A stretch of DNA of 64,000 bases from the human T2T-CHM13v2.0 reference genome, Homo sapiens, in NCBI RefSeq assembly GCF_009914755.1, contig NC_060942.1. One strand, written 5' to 3'. A program made the position numbers and the translations under genes. The notes under the pieces are model-generated. The model saw nothing but the letters and a program-made list of their open reading frames with translations, was not told the DNA's origin and ran no database searches. This document shows positions 25,307 through 39,945 of this stretch, piece after piece (position 1 is the stretch's first letter; every line of letters begins with the position of its first letter).

Positions 25307-25606
25307 GGCCAGGCATGGTGGCTCACGCCTCTAATCCCAACACTTTGGGAGGCCGAGGTGGGTGGATCACGAGGTCAGGAGATCGAGACCATCCTGGCCA
25401 ACATGGTGAAACCCTGTCTCTACTAAAAATACAAAAATTAGCTGGGCATGATGGCACGTGCCTGTAATCCCAGCTATTCCAGAGGCTGAGGCAGGAGAAC
25501 CCCTTGAACCAGGGAGTCAGAGGTTGCAGTGAGCCGAGATTGTGCCACTACACTCCAGCCTGGTGACAGAGTGAGACTCCATTTCAAAACAAAACATAAC
25601 AGAAAA
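25307..25606 (+). mobile_element. AluSc-like SINE
   Basis: Full dimer, CCTGGTGACAG diagnostic deletion; TSD CAAAATCAAAAGAGA/CAAAATCAAGAGAGA. Confidence 0.93.
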
Positions 25607-25756
25607 CAAAATCAAGAGAGATGAGGGTAAGTTTAAAGTAATAGATAAAATGGGATCTACTATAGACAGGATGTTAGAACACCAGGCATTGGTCTCATGA
25701 GCTGGACAACAGCCAGGTGAGGCCTGGAGGGAGAAGGCTAGACTCTGGGTCACACA

Positions 25757-26175
25757 CGTTGACGTAAGTGGAAAATAAAAATAAAAAAAAAAAAAGGAGG
25801 CAGTCTCTATACAAACAGTTTATTGGGACCAAGTTTGAGAATTGTAACTCAGGAGCATAAATTCAAGTTGTCCTGAATATAGCTGTAGTTACAAGTGGGT
25901 TTCTAAAGGAAAAGAAGAAGCAGTTTCTAAATTGCTTGCCAACAATTTACATAAAAATAACATAAGCTATTGATTGGCTATACATTGTTCTTTGTATCAT
26001 AAATTCCAGGAACGTGAAGATAAGCTAGTCAGGAACAAAATGCCTTTAAACAATTGTCCCCAGGAATGAGTGGGGAAGTGTGACTGAAGTCCCATACTCA
26101 GGTCTCCCTGGGCCTAATAAATTTTGCATACCTCACAGAGCTCAGACTGCCGTGAGCTATTTTTATTTTCTCACA
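25757..26175 (-). mobile_element. ERV1 solo LTR (MER83-like)
   Basis: Minus strand begins TGTGAGAAAATAAAAAATAGCTCACGGCAGTCTGAGCTCTGTGAGGTATGC; CCAAT box and AATAAA on minus strand; family name uncertain. Confidence 0.65.
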
Positions 26176-27819
26176 GAAAACATACAGGTGGATATCCACT
26201 CTATTGAACCATTTGGTTTTGCAGAGGAAACCTCTCCTCTGCTTCTCTTAAATGTCCCTCTGGATGCAGCCCCCAGGCTGTAAGCCTATCTAGTATTATG
26301 AATCCCAGGAAAGAGAGAGGAGATGGTATAGACATTCCATTTTTCATTGAGCTTCAAACTTCTGTTTTGCAAAAACGAAGGGCAACTTCCATGGACCAAA
26401 AACTATTATTTTGCTGAGAAAGCGGTTTTTGAGACTAAAAATGCTGACTTTCCATGGGAAAAAGAAAAAAAAGCCAAATTCATGCCTGCAAGTAAATTTG
26501 CAGAAAATACGTGTTTGTGTTGCCAAAGCAGAATTTTTTTTTCATCTCACCTTCCACCTTTTTTTTCCCCCCATTTTCACCATAACATAACATATTCTTT
26601 GGAGGGAAAATGATGTAACTAATCCCAGATCCAATAAGTAAAAGATTGAAAGTGACTCATCATTTTGAGTTGGCAATATGTTTCTCTGATTCTCTTAATG
26701 TACCCATGTAATCATGCATAGCACATGACCACTGTGGGGGTTAGGAGAATAGATTCCATGTATATTGCTGATTAGCTGTCAATTTGTGTGGGTCGCTTTT
26801 ATTTTCTGGGCCCTTTGCCTCACTGTGTCCCAATATGCGAAGTGGCTCTCCAGTTTTCAAACTCGGCTCTGCAGAGCCTTCTTAGGGGTCCCCCTGAGAG
26901 ACACAGGCAAGATGCAGGGGGTTAAGTACATGAGCCTCTAGACTCCTTCACTTCTAATCACTGCTTCAGACTAGATGCACTTTTATTCGTTTGAAAAATT
27001 TATACCTTCTGGTAAAATTTCAATGAAGAAAGACTTTTGCTGATTGGTTTCATTCTAACACCCATGGCTTTAGGTCTTCAAACTGAGTGTCTCTAACACA
27101 TTGGGACTTGCTGCTGCTCTGAAACAGATGCTGTTTTTTCTTCAACTGAATTCATCACCAAAGGCTAGGTTGGGTCTACCTATTTGGGCTTCAGAAAAGG
27201 GATGGAGCCTCAATATTTGGTGCAGTCCTAGCCTTATGGGAGAGGTAGAGATGTAACTGTAGGAGGTAATTTGTTAACACAAGTTATATTCCTGCCATGG
27301 CAAGCTTAATCACAAGTGTAGCCTGGGTGGTGCTATGTGATGGATTTCAGGAAGTCCACACTGCCTCAGGAAGTTATCACCCTGCCCACCTGCCTGATGA
27401 ATGGTATTCTACCAGCAACATCCACCTTCAATGTCAATGGAAGTTGAGCTTTTAGATTTAGGCTTTAACCCCCTTGGTCGAGTTGACAGCCTTGGGAGTG
27501 AGTCCCTAGACAGTGAAGCAGACACAGGCTCTTTTTTACCTATTCAATAACTGAGAACATAGTTTTTCAGGGGTGCTTGAGCCAGTAAGATATCATGGGA
27601 TTTGGAGGACAACTGAAAGAAAAAAATGCCAAAAATAGATCTTTCCCCAGTTTTCTGGTTTCCGCTATATAGCCAAACTGCAGCTGTCAGAAAGTCATGG
27701 AATGTCCAACAGAAAGACTTCTGGAGGCATGGACTTCAAACTCTGACCAGCACAGAAGTTTTTTCTACACTATCCAGACACATAGTGACCCTGATTTTGC
27801 ATACCCTCTTGATGGAAGT

Positions 27820-28270
27820 TGTTGAAAGACACAATTTCGACAAATTTAGTTTAAAGATCTCCTTGGCCTTTATTAGCATTTTATGAATGGGAGCAGCATC
27901 TTATTCTATAAAATAGAATAGGTGCTCCCACAAGCTAAGCAAAGGAAGTGGACTTTATGGCAGAAAAGGGCTGAAGAAAGCAGAAATTGGTAACAAAAGG
28001 AGGACTGATTGTTTCAGAGTTACTTTCAATATAGGGTTATAACAGAGGGGAATTCCTTATCAAGAGGATTCCTGTAAACTGGGCTTCTTCTGATTGGCTG
28101 CAGTGAGTCTCTCTCTCTCTTTTTTTTTTTTTTTAACTGGGCCATTTCAAGTTCAATTTGATTGGTGGCACATAGCATGAGTGACGATATTCTGGTTTGG
28201 TCTAGTATGTTGGGGCCTAGTACTGGAGCTTAGGTCAAAACAATAGCTTCCCATACATTTTTGTTTAACA
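27820..28270 (-). mobile_element. MER31-like ERV1 solo LTR
   Basis: Minus strand TGTTAAACAAAAA...CTAGGCCCCAACA...CAACA; 4-bp TSD AAGT/AAGA. Confidence 0.8.
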
Positions 28271-28858
28271 AAGAGAACTCTTTGTTTCACAATCAAGACT
28301 AGTCCAGGTATGGTGCATCCTGGCTAAGAGGAAAGTTTTTCCTTATAATAATTTAAAACTCTGAGCATCTCAGTAATTTCCAGCCTTTATCCTGGGAGTT
28401 CTGTAGGATTAATCTGTTACTTCTCTGAAAAAAGTCTCTCCAGGGGTTTAAATGGTAATATCTCTCATGTCCCCTGCTGATTACTCACCTATCACCATGT
28501 GGCTTTTCTCCTCTGGTTAAACATTTCACTTTTCTTCTTTCTTCTCTCATGACCGGGCTTCTAAGCCTCTCACCTCTCTGGCCTCACATCTGGATGCATC
28601 ATGGTGACCTGTCCAGGTCCCTTTTAAGGTTCCAAGCCCAGAACATAACACAATCACAATGAGCACAGGAACATGGGACTGCTCCTCCACTGGCATGGAC
28701 AGAGGGTTATACTTGCTATGTTAGGACTATCTCAGCTTTTCTAGTGTCTGCATCCAACTGTTGATACATTTGTACTTAAGAAACATTTCTCAGTCCTTCT
28801 TCATGTGAATGGCTCTTGAATCCCTTTTCTCCAATCCTGTTCCCAAGGAGTTGATTTT

Positions 28859-29174
28859 ATTTTATTTTATTTTATTTATTTATTTATTTTTTTTTTTAGA
28901 CAGAGTCTCACTCTGTCACCCAGGCTGCAGTGCAGCAGCGTGATCTTGGCTCACTGCAACCTCTGCCTCCCAGGTTCAAGCAATTCTCTGCCTCAGCCTC
29001 CCGAGTAGCTGGGATTACAGGCACCTGCCACCAGCCTAGCTAATTTTTGTATTTTTAGTAGAGATACAGTTTCATCATGTTGGCCAGGATGGTCTTGAAC
29101 TCCTGACCTCGGGATCCACCCGCCTCAGCCTCCCAAAGTGCTAGGATTACAGGCATGAGCCACCATGCCCGGCC
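28859..29174 (-). mobile_element. AluSg-like SINE
   Basis: Antisense dimer with patterned tail; perfect 17-bp TSD CCCAAGGAGTTGATTTT (28842-28858/29175-29191). Confidence 0.94.
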
Positions 29175-29585
29175 CCCAAGGAGTTGATTTTTAAAACTTA
29201 GATGGAAGCCTGTACATTCTTCCTTGGTAAACTCAGTATTGTTAATCATTGGTCGATGTCTTCAGTTTAGGACTTGTTGCTTATCCTGTTTGCCACCTCT
29301 TTGGGACCATTTCAGGAAGACACCTGAGGAGATCACTTGCTGGAATTCACTCTGTTTGCTGGACCCTGGGTCCTGAGGCCCCAGGAGTAGTGCTTGGGCA
29401 GGGCAAGCCCTAAGCAAGTAATTGAATGAATGAATGAATGAATGACTAAGGTGAAGTAGAGCCTTTGTGGCCCACCCCAACATTATGTGGGGGTGGTCAA
29501 CACATTTAGGCATAAATCTGCTTTCTGCATCCTTGGACTGTATGTCATCCCATAGTTCTCTATCTCATCTTCATACCATGAGCTA

Positions 29586-30992
<1,407 letters not shown>

Positions 30993-31704
30993 TATAAAAA
31001 TTAAGATACGTTTTATCTAAGAAGAAAATGAGACTATTTTTCCTTTTTGTGGCTAACTCACATGTGATTTCTGTGACTGCTTTCTGATGTAAGAGATTCC
31101 AATCACTTTCTCCTCCCTGGGGTAGAGTTTTAGTTGGAGCCGAAAGACTCGAACTAATTTAAAGGGACTACATATTAAAATTCTAATTAAATACACACAC
31201 ATACACAGGCACACACAGACTAATGGAGTGTTAGAGAAAATATGAGTAGTATTTAATAATGTTCAGCACTGAACATTATGGTTTGTGGATGTTTGTAGAG
31301 GTTTATTTTTTTCTTCTCTCTGCCTTTCACTTTTTTTCCAATTGGTTTACCATGTGTATGAATTACCCATTTTATAATCAGACCTAGAGATTTTTAAAAA
31401 GTGGATATGTGTTTTGCCACCATCCTTTCAATTATATTGGGCTTTAATTTCATCTTAGCCATGTTATTCTGCTGTTCCAGTTAAAGTTCATTAACACTAT
31501 CAGAGGAAACAGAGCAAAATAGGAAGGGAGGAACTAAGATTTCACACTGTTATCTCTTAACCTGATATTATCTTCAAAGACCAATAGGCTTATCCCTCCC
31601 CTAATGTCTTTACAATCACAGTTGTACTTTTTGTAAAAGTGTTTAATGCCTTCAATCTCTTCCACGCTGTAGCCTCCCTGATACCATTTATATAAGTTCA
31701 TGGG

Positions 31705-31881
31705 ATGTATGAGGTATGTATGTGTTATATGTGCATATATATATATATAAAATATATGTGTGTGTATACATATATAGGTGGAATGTGTATGTATGCGTGT
31801 ATATATGTATATTTATATACACACATATATATGTATATATACACATACATATATGTATATATACACACATATATACATATA
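31705..31881. repeat. (TA)n/(TG)n/(CA)n alternating purine-pyrimidine low-complexity tract
   Basis: Read directly from sequence. Confidence 0.9.
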
Positions 31882-33578
31882 AAAACAAAACTGATCGGGG
31901 TAAATAGTTATGGAGCATATGATCTGCTAAGCTTCAGGCTTATAGATGATTTAGGAAAAGAAAAGCTGTGGTCTCTGACCTCAGGAAGCATCCATTTTAA
32001 TTAAGTGGTAGGACTTTCATATAGGGAGCTAGCATAGGCCATCCAACAGTGTGAGATTATATAAAGGAAGCTATAAATTTTCTCCAAAAACCATGATAAA
32101 GGGCACAGAAGGAAATATTAAATCCCAAGGCTAACATGAGCAAATTTTGGAGAGGGTTATGAATCTTTTCCTAACATCCTGATGTGAAAGAAGGCATAGC
32201 TTTGATTATTGTGATTCATTATATGAAGAAACTGAGACACAGAGAAAATACCTTAGTTCATTAGTAATTATACACTGGCACATGTGGAACTAGAATTCAA
32301 GATTTTCAGCATAGGCTATTGCTGCCTCTCCCCTCTCTCTGTCTCTGAAGCACACACACATTCACAGTCTCTACCCCACACCCAATTTTGCTGCTTCTCC
32401 TTCAAGTTCTGTGTCCTCTTGCCAGATGTTGTCACCTGTCTTTTCTCAGAAGGCCTTGGTAAAGTTACACAGCTGAGCCCAGCAGGCGCCTGCCCCAGGC
32501 CAAACAAACAAACAGAAGAGAAATCTTTCAGGCTGGGCACCAGGGAAAAGTGATCTTGATGCCGTCCGTGGCATGAGCCGAGGCAATTGATGACTTGGCA
32601 TTCTGTCCCCGAGTCATCAATCATACAGAATCAATCTCGGCTCCCTCAGGAGCTAGCCCCCGGCTCACATAATTCTCTCCCTGCCACCAACCTGAGCAGT
32701 CTGATCCCAGTGGTGGGAACTGTTTTGTTCTGCATTCAGCATTGATTCACTTGGCCTTCAGTAGTATTTTCTATATTCCCTAGAAATGTCACTTAATTTA
32801 TCCTCTCAGAGGTGGCTAAGTTGCCTGGGCCTCACTGCATCAAAAGGAACAGACAAGCAAAGAAACATGCTTCGCTTCTCACATCAAAGGAATGGGACTG
32901 AGGGCCCCTAGACCTGAAAATCAGAGTCTTAGGTTCCTCTGCTCAACACTGAGGATGGGGCAGGTGTTTAGCACAGAGGTCCAGGGCAAGGACTGTCAGT
33001 CAGAAGGCCCTGCTTCGTTTCCATGACTTGGCTACTTCCTGGCTGTGTGATCTTGAATACGGTACCTAGTCACTGTCACTTAGTGCCTCAGCTTCCTCAT
33101 CAGGTAAGTAGTGATAATAGTAGCACTTGCCTCTTGGAGTTGTAGGATTATATTAAATGAAGATATGAACCAAAAATAAAATCCCTAGCCCCCCGGCCAA
33201 CTGAATGGACCCCTTCTGGGCCAAGAAAACCTGAAAAATGAAATTTTCAGTCATGTCAAGAAGGGAGGTCAGACACGCCTCGTTATATCCCCTTCCTTTT
33301 GGAGTTGAGGCACAGCTGACCAGCATTAACAATAACATGAAGATTGTAACACTCACAACAGACTCTTTGTGACAATAGATACCAAATTCCAACGGGACTC
33401 TGGGATAGCATCGCATGACAGATACAGGCCCTGAAGGCCATAAAAATATTTTACCCTCAAATATATTTCTTTGACATATTTTGAAATGGTCTTTCCAAGC
33501 TGTCTTGTGGGGGAAATTTATATCTGTTGAGAAACCCCTTCCCTTTCTAGATCTTTTTCAGATCCAGAATATATTTAA

Positions 33579-33740
<162 letters not shown>

Positions 33741-34099
33741 TAACCAAGAGTCTGACACATTTTAAGGTCTGAAAAGAGAAATTAACCATCTATTCTCTCT
33801 GAAGCCTGCTACTAGGAGAGGCCTCTTTTACATAACAAGAACCTTGGCTTCCACAACCCCCCTTAACTCAAAACCTCTTTCTACTGACTTCAAGTCTTTA
33901 TACAAAGCTTAACTCTTTTAACCAATTGCCAACTGGAAAATCTTTGAATCCACCTATGACCAGTAAGCCCCACACTTTAAGACATCCTGCCTTTCTGATC
34001 AAAACCAAAGTATACCTTCCATATACTGACTTATGTCTTTGGCTGTAACTTCTGTCCCTCTAAAAATGTATGAAGCTAAGTTGTAACCTGACAATCTGA

Positions 34100-34510
<411 letters not shown>

Positions 34511-34698
34511 TAATCAACAAGAGACATAAATGCTTCACACAGTTGTATGGGGACAGACATGTTCAATAAGTGTGTTATTAATATTGCTATTGTTAGAACA
34601 CACTTAGGATTTGTAGGGTTGACTATACATGTAATACAGTTGGCAGCCATGAGAGAAAAGGTTTTCAGAAATTGGCCTATCCAGAAAGAACTATTCTT

Positions 34699-34955
34699 TT
34701 TTTTTTTTTTCTTCTTTTTTTTTGAGACAGTCTCACTCTGTCGCCCAGGCTGGAGTGCAGTGGCACAATCTTGGCTCACTGTAACCTCTGCCTCCCGGGT
34801 TCAAGCAGTTCTCTGCCTCGGCCCCCGAGTAGCTGGAATTACAGGTGCCCGCCACCACGCCCCACTAATTTTTTGTATTTTTAGTAGAGATGGGGCTTCA
34901 CCATCTTGGCCAGGCTGGTCTTGAACTCCTGACCTCATGATCCACCCACCTCGGC
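34699..34955 (-). mobile_element. 5'-truncated AluSg-like SINE
   Basis: Perfect 12-bp TSD AGAACTATTCTT (34687-34698/34956-34967). Confidence 0.93.
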
Positions 34956-36369
34956 AGAACTATTCTTCTAACTTGTCTCAGAATCCAATAACTGACCAGC
35001 ACTTAATCACTTCCATATCTGAAAACATAAGCCTTTCCTTCCCATACAATAGGGAGTGGGCCCCAGAGAAACTGGCTCTGCAGAGAGTGGTATGTGGGGG
35101 ATGGAAGAGAAGGAGGAGATGGAGGAGGTTAAGATGCAACGTTGTGAACTCAATCAGTTTTCTGAAGGCCAGCTCAGAGGGATGTGCACAGATGAAGGGA
35201 GAGTCCTCATACCTTCCATGCAAAGACCTTCTCTTTATTCCATTTTGTAAAAGGAGCCTTTCTGATAAGTGATACGGACTTGCTGGGACCAAGCAGGGAA
35301 AAGAGGAAAGGAAGGACAAAGGGCTCAGGAGTGAGTCAGGCTGCAATCTCTGGGAGGAAGCACTGCCCAGAGGGGTGTGGGATCTTGACAGGGGGCAGCC
35401 ATGGAATTCACGGAACTTCCCTCCCAATCTAGATGGTGAGTGTCTCCACATCTGTCTGTCCCTCTCTCCTAGCAACTGGAATTGTCTTTTCCAAGAGATT
35501 TGGAGGGCTGCTTTATTTGTTAGGAGACAAGAAGGCACTAATAAATTCCTCTGTGTGAGGTATTTAATTACATAATAATGTGTACACTAATCAGGGTAAA
35601 TGTGTTTGTGAAAACACCTTGATATGGGAACAGTTAATCACCCAAGGCATTGCTTCTTAACACACCTTGGAAGTTAACTTAATTAATTAGAACAATGAAA
35701 AAATTGAACCGTTTATTGGTCCACAATGGCCTGAAGAAATGCTCCCCTCAAATGCAGGAACATCTCCCACACTGCAAACTACTTTTCCCCAAACCCTCAG
35801 ACCTTATGGTTATGGTCACACCCCAGGAGCTTGCAGACGGCAAAGACTTCCCCTGTGCCTTACCCTGGAGTCATTTCCTGTTGGAGACATAAGACAATCA
35901 GTCTATGTACCTGCCTGCATGCGTGCACACACACACACTCACATACATGCCCCTTTTGTGCACTTTACCAGAAGCTCAGGGAAATTGAATAAGTTTTTAC
36001 CCAGGATTCCACAAGTGTGCAGTTTGTAGTGAACCACTGTGAGGGCCAGCTTGTGTATTCAAAAGGGAGGAGGGGAAGAATGATTTTTGAGGGATTTTTA
36101 TAATTACCATCATTGTCATTACCACATCATTATTGTCTGTTAATAATGATTATGTTAGTAATCTGAATTTGCCTATTGTTTTAAAAAAAAATCCCACTAT
36201 TTCTTAACCCCACTTCCCTCTCCACTTGGGCCTTGTATAAAGTGATAGAAAAGGCAAGATGTCTGCCCCTGGGGGGTCTACAGACTGTGTTATCCAGCCC
36301 TGACAAGAACAAACGTAAAAGGCATGCTGACAACTGAACATTGAACAGTGTGCACCTTAAATCAATCAT

Positions 36370-36758
36370 TGTCTTAGTCTGATGCTATAACAGAATACCA
36401 CAGACTAGGTAATTTATAAAGCAAAGAGATTTATTTGGCTTATGCTTCTGAAGGCTGGAAAGTCCAAGATCAAGACATTGCATCTGGTTAGGGCCTTCTT
36501 TTTGCATCATAACATGGTGGAGGGCATCCCATGTTGAGAAAGGGTGCTTTTGAGACAGAGCAGAAAATGGGCCTCATCCTTTTATCAGAAATCCACTCCC
36601 TTGCTAAGTAACCCACTCCAACCATAATGACATTAATCCATTTATAAGGGCAGGACCCTCATGACATAATCACCTGTTAAAGGTACTGCCTCTCAACACT
36701 CTTACAATGGTAATTAAATTTCAACATAAGTTTCAGAGGGGACTTTCAAATCATAGCA
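36370..36758 (-). mobile_element. MST-family (MSTC/D-like) MaLR solo LTR
   Basis: TGTCTTAGTC...AAATCATAGCA termini; perfect 5-bp TSD ATCAT. Confidence 0.88.
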
Positions 36759-36766
36759 ATCATTGA

Positions 36767-37173
<407 letters not shown>

Positions 37174-39919
37174 TTATTAATGAATTCTTATTGCATTATG
37201 CCCCTCAAGAACCCCAAAAGGCCAAAAAAAAAAAAAAAAAAAGAAAAATATCAAAAATATCTTCCATTCTTTCATGCAGTTGGATAACTTCCATGGTAGA
37301 GTTCATACATAAAACCGCGAATAGCATGTGGGGCAGGGAGATACATGCCCAGAGGGAGCCACAGGCCAGTGCAGGAGGGGCTGACTCCTGGGACCCTAGA
37401 TGGTTTATGTGGCAGTCACACACCTTTGCACGCCTGCTATGATGACACAAACTGTTGGAGAACTCGGATGTGTCTATGCAATTCTATGGGTCCAATCGGG
37501 CCAAAGCAGATCTAAAAGTCTGGGTGGAAGTTCCCATCTATTTAGGTGCATTTGGCTCATGTCTGTTCACTTGTCCATCTTGCAATTCAGTTCTGTCCAT
37601 TTCATTTGATCTTATTAAATTCAAATGTATATTGAAGTCTGAGATCTGACCTTAAGAATCTTCATGTTGTTTTGCCCAATAGTTTCAGTGCCCCCAAGAA
37701 ATAAAGCAGAAGGGCAGCTTGCTGCCACACAACCTGGTGCTTTCCTCTAATTCTGGGCAGATCTTGAGTCCTGAGTTCCTGCCTTTATTCCTAAGCTAGA
37801 AAAGTAGCTGAACAAACAGAGGAGAACTAGGATCCCTTTTACTTGGCCTTTCTATGGAAAGGCTGCACCTGAGACAGGTCCAGAATTCATTCATCCATTT
37901 TGGAAGTTCACTAATTGATTAGTCATTGCCTCATGGATCCAGGCAGTTTACTTTTATTGGTGGCAGTCACTGTGCTAAGTGCTAAGGGTATCACATGAAT
38001 GTGAGAAGGTTGTAACTTATAGAATTGGGGAAAATCCATGGATTTCTCTCTTTTCAACCAACTCTCCCTCTCCACCTGCCAAGGGACTTGCTGATCAGCC
38101 CCAACTTTTCAGCTCCTCCAGCTCACCTGGTTTTTAACTTTCTTTTTGCTACCTGAAGTTGCATGCCATGCTCAGGGGTGTGGAATATGCCCTTAAGTGG
38201 AGGGGCAGGTCATAGTTTTTCCTCCCCCTAACTGAAGATACAGAGTTTTCTATCTTTAAGTCTTAGTTGATTGACAGCCACATACAGCATCTTTTCCCTT
38301 TCGGAGTTGGCTCCTTCTACCCTCTCCCTCTTTGTATGCCCTCTATTCTTCCAAGATTGCACTGCATGGAAGTCCAGGGAGTTAGTGATGCTCTCTTTGG
38401 GCTCACATTTACTTTTTACTGAGTATGTCTTACACCAAGAGCCATGGGGGTAGAAGGCTTGAGGATTAATAAGATCTAGAGTCTACCTCCAAGTAGCTTA
38501 TAATTTAGGTGGAGGAAACACCTATACCCCAAGTAATTTAAAACAAAAAAGGAAATTGGTAACATAAAGAGTATACTTGACATTCTTTTTTAGTTTAGGA
38601 TAAGTAGTGAGGCTTTTAAGGAATTTAGAGAGCTAGAATTTGCTCAGACCTTGAAGGATGCTTACCATCTAAGGAGAGAACACCTCCATCTTTCCATTCT
38701 TCTTCCTGTCAGGCGTGCCTGCCTCCACTCATCTCTTCTTAGCTTCCTCTCTACCCCAAAAAGGAAGAAGGATTAGCCCAATTGCGTTACTTGAGTCTGG
38801 CATACTTGATTGGGTTGGGTTTACTGGTGGGTGGGGTCTCAGAGTTAAAAGGCATAGATCCTCATGCAGCTGTTGATCTTTTTCTCAATACAAGGCTGGG
38901 TGGACTTGCTAGGCAAGTCAGGCCCTGGCCACTGCCTGGCTTGCCTTTCCTATCTCAATGGTGAATGGAGCCAGGATTAGCTGTGTCTCCACTCACCCTG
39001 CAGACATAAACTTCATTCTTCCACTCCTTCTTCAAGTGACTTCCACTACATTTCCATCCAGGGAGTGACAAGATCCACATCATATTACACTGGCATTACT
39101 TGGTGGGGGATGGGGCAGTGGTTAACAGGCCCAGTAGGTCTCCAGGCCAGAGCTATTTGCTTCATTGTGGGTTCATAGGCACTTTACATTGGGGCATGCA
39201 TATGTTATATACTGCCTGGTTTTGTAGACATTTGTGAAAAATCCTACTTTACCCTCACCCCTGCAATGTGATTAGGATAATGTTTCATATTTTGTTTTGT
39301 TTACTTGTGTTTTTTTTTTTTTTTTTTGTAGCAAATGAATGGAGCATTCAAGTATTGATCTATGGCCCCTGTTCCTCAGCATACGTGTGGATGCCCTCTG
39401 TACATGCACTCTTTGGGACCTCAGTAAATGGAAGTATATTTGTATCAGTTCACCATGCTCCCAGTTCTCCAGGCTTGCTCTTGCTAGGTCACAGCAAACT
39501 ACCTTCTTCTCTCACACTCCATATAGGGTTGATCTCTAAGTTTGCCTAGTCTCTCTCCTCTTCCCATCTTGGTATGTCTGAATGTTGCAAAATCCCTTAT
39601 TCAAGCTGTCTACCTTAAGGCCTCCACTCCAAGCAGACATGTCCAGCCCATGGCCTCCAGGTTAAATCCTCTTAATGCAACATGTTCACATTTGTACTCT
39701 TGGACTCCTAATTTTCGATAGTATTCTCCTAGTTTCTCCAGAATATGAATTTATTATTCTTATCGAAGTTTACCTTTCATTTTCCTCAGTATAAATGGCC
39801 AATTCTGTTCAACCTGGTCACAAACATTCTGCTAAAATCAATGTATCTGTTGCTGTGAAAAATCTTCAAAAGTTTTCATACAAAACATGATTCTATCACA
39901 AAGACTTGATACTCTCTTA

Positions 39920-39945
39920 TATTAGGTTGGTGCAAAAGTAATTGC
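39920..39945. mobile_element. Solo MADE1/Hsmar1 mariner terminal inverted repeat fragment
   Basis: TA-TTAGGTTGGTGCAAAAGTAATTGC matches the Hsmar1 TIR. Confidence 0.85.

Noticed and set aside
32570-32670. Small CpG cluster as a promoter or CpG island
   Set aside because: Only about six CpGs in 100 bp; too short and sparse
34978-35538. 186-aa minus-strand ORF in unique sequence
   Set aside because: Non-ATG start, Leu/Ser-rich composition, no recognisable domain; compatible with chance
37224-37248. Isolated poly(A)/poly(T) runs (also about 39310, 41565, 55925) as processed-pseudogene tails
   Set aside because: No upstream mRNA-like ORF or flanking TSD found
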